The position numbers and the translations under genes were made by a program. The notes below the pieces were generated by a model, which saw only the letters and a program-made list of their open reading frames with translations, did no database searches and was not told the origin of the DNA. Shown in pieces: positions 60,534 to 64,000 of a stretch of DNA of 64,000 nt (within the stretch, counting starts at the first letter, position 1; each line of letters begins with the position of its first letter). The DNA lies in the NCBI GenBank assembly GCA_030390025.1, contig CM059432.1:46998001-47062000 (forward strand), read 5' to 3'. This stretch comes from Squalus acanthias. Lineage: Eukaryota.

Positions 60534-61278
60534 GTAAATACACTTTGATTATTGGTTTAATATCGGAACTAAATTTTTATGGACTGTTTGTGTTAAATTT
60601 AACTCAAGTTGTAGGTGTAAATCTCATCCATTTTTTCTTTTATGGGTCTTTAGAATGTGTCTGGATTGCCAAAACTTGGTAAGATCTGTAAACCATAATT
60701 CAACATGTATAAAGTTTGACTGTCTTGAATAAAATGGAATACATGGTGCTACATCATTAGACTGTTAGGGGTAAAAATTCAGTTGGTTGCGCCTCCCGTT
60801 AGCGCCTTAAGAGGGCGCTAATGGGGCGCAAAGCCGCTAACGCCCGGGCGCAGCGATGTTTGCGCCGCTCGGGAACTTAACTAGAGATTGTGCGGCAGCG
60901 CTAAACTTTACCGCTGCGACCACCTGCGCGCGCAGATTGTGACGTCATTCCATGGTACAACGCCCTTGTGGCGCCCCGGAGCGGAAATTGAGTGGCGCCC
61001 CCTGCCTTACCGCCTGGCGCATCCAACGACCGGAAGACTGGAACGCTATCAATCGCTGTGGGGCTGGGGTGGGCGCTATTTAAAGGGGGCCTCTTCCTGT
61101 CTTTTTCTGTGGTTGACATTTTTGCACCACTCGTTCTGAGAGAGAGAGAGAGATTCGGAGAGAGAGAAAGAGAGACTTCTGCATTGACTCAACGCTTTGT
61201 GAGGTAGTTTTGCCTACTGATCCTAACTTCGCTAGTACTTTAGTTGCTGTCCTTCATTACTTTGCTTGCAAAGAGACT

Positions 61279-62439
61279 ATGGGGGCTGCACTGATTGGGG
61301 GCGTCGTCCTGCTCCAGCTGAATCGGAGGACACAGAGACGCAGAGAGAGAGTGGCAATGATGGCCAGACGGAGGAGGGCCAACAGGCGTATGTACAGGAG
61401 AGCTTACCCTCCCAGGGTATATCGTGAACAGCTCTCCTACATTCATATGTCTGAGGAGCTGTGTTTGCGAAGGCTGCGATTCAGCAAGGAGGTGGTCACT
61501 GAGCTCTGCCACCTGCTGCAGCCAGATCTGCAGCCTCAACTGAGGTCCAGGACGTCTCTGTCGGTGGCAGTGAAGGTCACAGTGGCTCTCAACTTCTACG
61601 CTACTGGCTCATTTCAAGCTGCTGCTGGGGACCTCGCCAATATCTCCCAGTTCGCGGTGCATTGCTGCATCCGGCAGGTCACAAATGCCCTCTTTAAAAG
61701 GAGACGAGAGTTCATCTCTTTCCCCATGACCCCAGACAAGCAGCGTGACCGCGCTCTGGGCTTTGCGAGGATAGCGGGCTTCCCCATGGTGCAGGGCGCC
61801 ATTGACTGCACGCATGTGGCTTTGCGTGCTCCGCATGAGAATGCCGAGGAATTCCGGAACAGAAAGGGGTTCTATTCCTTGAATGTTCAGTTGGTCTGTG
61901 ACCACAGACAGCTGATACTCGCTGTCAATGCCCACTATCCTGGCAGCTGCCACGATGCTTTTATCCTGCGCCAGACTACTGTGGCAGAACTTTTCGAGGC
62001 ACCGCATCAGCCAGTTGGTTGGCTTCTCGGGGACAAGGGGTATGCATTGAGCACCTGGCTGATGACACCGCTCCGTACGCCGAACACCCCTGCTGAGCTG
62101 CGGTACAATGAGAGCCATCAAGCTACCAGGAACATAATTGAGCGCACAATCGGCGTGCTGAAGCAACGGTTCCGCTGTCTCGACCATTCTGGAGGAGCCC
62201 TGCAGTACTCGCCTGAGCGAGTATCCAACTTCGTAGTTGTGTGCTGCATGTTGCATAACATGGCAATCGTCAGGACCCAGCCAATGCCACCAGGCCTTGG
62301 AGCACCACCAGAGGAGGAGGAGGAAGAGGAGGAAGAGGACGAGGAGGATGATCATCAGCAGCACCAAGGCGGGAGGGCGGCCCACAATGGTGAAACTGCA
62401 AGGGCCGTCCGTCAACGGCTAATAGCAAGCCGCTTCTAG
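61279..62439 (+). CDS. Harbinger transposase (HARBI1-like DDE nuclease)
   Basis: GAIDCTHV, FRNRKGFYSLNVQLVCD, PGSCHDAFIL, LLGDKGY, RNIIERTIGVLKQRFRCL; intact ORF; TATTTAAA at 61077. Confidence 0.92.
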   Translation: MGAALIGGVVLLQLNRRTQRRRERVAMMARRRRANRRMYRRAYPPRVYREQLSYIHMSEELCLRRLRFSKEVVTELCHLLQPDLQPQLRSRTSLSVAVKVTVALNFYATGSFQAAAGDLANISQFAVHCCIRQVTNALFKRRREFISFPMTPDKQRDRALGFARIAGFPMVQGAIDCTHVALRAPHENAEEFRNRKGFYSLNVQLVCDHRQLILAVNAHYPGSCHDAFILRQTTVAELFEAPHQPVGWLLGDKGYALSTWLMTPLRTPNTPAELRYNESHQATRNIIERTIGVLKQRFRCLDHSGGALQYSPERVSNFVVVCCMLHNMAIVRTQPMPPGLGAPPEEEEEEEEEDEEDDHQQHQGGRAAHNGETARAVRQRLIASRF

Positions 62440-62751
62440 GGCCCCTGCTGTGGAAATGGCTTCTGCCATTGCTAACAACATCAATGAACCCAGCACGCAA
62501 CCCCTAAGCCGGCCAAGGCACCAATAATTCCAAACAACAACCATGTATATTTTGAATACAGAAACTTATTTATTTTACAAACTCTGTGTGTGTCAATTTC
62601 TCATGACAAACTCATAGAAATAAACACAAAAAAACAGTCAATAACATAACTGGTTCTCACAACCTGGAGATAATGTCCAAAACACTAAACAAAAGTTGGA
62701 CCATGAACCTCGACCTTTAATAAAAAAATGACCAGCATTTTGTCACACCTC

Positions 62752-63728
62752 CTACTTTTTGCCCTTCGAGGGTGATCTCCTTCCCTTGCGCACTTCCCTC
62801 CTTCTAACCCTACTGCTCCTCCGTAATGGGACCTCAGTGGCTGCAGCAAGGCTGGTGGAAGGCTGCTGCTCGTCAGACCCTGACACTGCAGATGCCCCTG
62901 AAGGACGGCCTCGACCAGTTCTGGGCCTGGAGGGCCCGGCTGCAGACTGCACCAACTCTGCATGGGCGGCAGCAGTCTGTCCTACAGGCGGTGGCAAGTG
63001 CAGTGGAGAAGTGACAGTGTTGGCAGCAGGAATGCTGTCATCGTGAGAGAGGACAGCAACTCCCTGCTCGCCCGACACACTGGCACTCCCACGGGGCATC
63101 ACTTCAGCATCCGGAGCAATCTGCTGGAGAACAGATTGCTGGCCTGCTGCGGCGCGGTGAGAGCCCTGGGGACATGTGAACGAACCATCGAGGTTGGCAG
63201 CAGTCTGTGCTCGCGTGGCCTCAATCTGAGTCTGCATGAGAGCAGTCAGAGATGGGATCACGGCAGCCAGTGACTGAATTGCAGCACTAAGCGTTAGTGT
63301 GGCATCCGCCTGTGCTACAGCGAAGTGCTCCACACTCCTTGCCAGTGACTCAATGCATTCGGGCACCCTTCCCACTGCACCCATGAGCTCAGTGTGCATG
63401 CCCACCGCCTGGGTGTTCATTTCTGCGATCAGCCGCTCCTCCTCTGCGTCCATTGCAGTAGGAGTCTCTGGCCTACTCTCCCTCTGGGGAGAAGGCCCCC
63501 GTTCTTCCCTACCCCCATGGCGTTGCTGCAGCCCGCTGGGTCCTGGAGCTTCACCCTCATCAGACCCTTCCCCCCTGCTCCCCTCCAGGGAAGGCGTGTT
63601 CCCAGTGTGGGCATGGGCTTCCTCGGGAGAGGGTGGCACTGATGCTCCGGCTTCCTCTTCCTCCTCGGCTGCAGCTTCACTCCCAGTGGCAGCTTCAGGG
63701 CCCGTCTCCTCAGCTGGTGAATCACCAT
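62752..63728 (-). CDS. Last exon of the Harbinger second gene (Myb/SANT-type partner)
   Basis: ctgctttcag acceptor; open frame to TAG at 62752; basic NLS-like C-terminus. Confidence 0.65.
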
Positions 63729-63887
63729 CTGAAAGCAGGGAGGTACAAGAGTGGCTTTAGCGTGAGGACAGGGTGGCAGTAAGGGAGGAATAAGTGCAGC
63801 GAGTTAGCAAGTTGGATTGAAAGTGTCAAAGGCTGGTGTTGTGAGGGACAAGTGGAAGGACAGAGGACAAAAAGGTGATGACCTTAC

Positions 63888-64000
63888 CATTGCTGTCCAG
63901 AACGGGGTCGGCGTCTCCAGTGGCGACGGGACCGATCACCCGGCTTGCCACAATCCTGTGGACGCGCTCCTCAAGATCGCTGAGGGGTTGCAGCTGAGGC
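63888..64000 (-). CDS. Upstream exon of the Harbinger Myb-partner gene (PQLQPLSDLEERVHRIV..)
   Basis: gtaagg donor at 63887 splices in frame to 63728; L(S/T)..EE motif typical just after Harbinger Myb domains. Confidence 0.6.

Larger units (their letters stand above)
60768..64000 (+). mobile_element. Autonomous PIF/Harbinger DNA transposon, right end beyond the window
   Basis: GGGGTAAAAATTC terminus after TTA, GC-rich subterminal GGCGC/GCGCC repeats, convergent nuclease and Myb-partner genes. Confidence 0.85.

Noticed and set aside
61210..62439. Domesticated host HARBI1 gene
   Set aside because: Sits inside a TIR-bounded unit with a convergent Myb partner in an intron, so it is a transposon copy
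1..64000. CRISPR arrays, rRNA or prokaryotic operons
   Set aside because: No repeat-spacer periodicity or rRNA similarity; the sequence is vertebrate intron/exon DNA

Overview
Vertebrate genomic DNA, most likely a cartilaginous fish (shark-type HE1/V-SINE, Deu-type SINE, CR1, RTE and Penelope repeats). Five in-frame + strand exons of a cone CNG channel beta subunit gene (CNGB3-like) span 4380-60533. The main feature is an intact, apparently very young 12.6-kb endogenous retrovirus-like provirus (5858-18443, - strand) in the first visible intron. It has apparently identical 1605-bp LTRs, a GGAC target-site duplication and a tRNA-Arg primer-binding site that overlaps the gag start codon. gag and pol are in frame, separated by one UGA-CUAG readthrough-type stop. 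pol has a tether plus a second RNase H. env is a class I F-type fusion protein (lokiretrovirus-like) with an unexpected N-terminal Ig-like domain. The window also holds an intact-looking Harbinger transposon running off the right edge, many Harbinger-derived MITEs rich in hairpins and splice donors, a 300-bp-arm Penelope-derived palindrome with hammerhead-like motifs, an RTE LINE with a ~60-bp flanking duplication and a probable solo LTR. All family assignments come from motif recognition by eye; no database searches were run.
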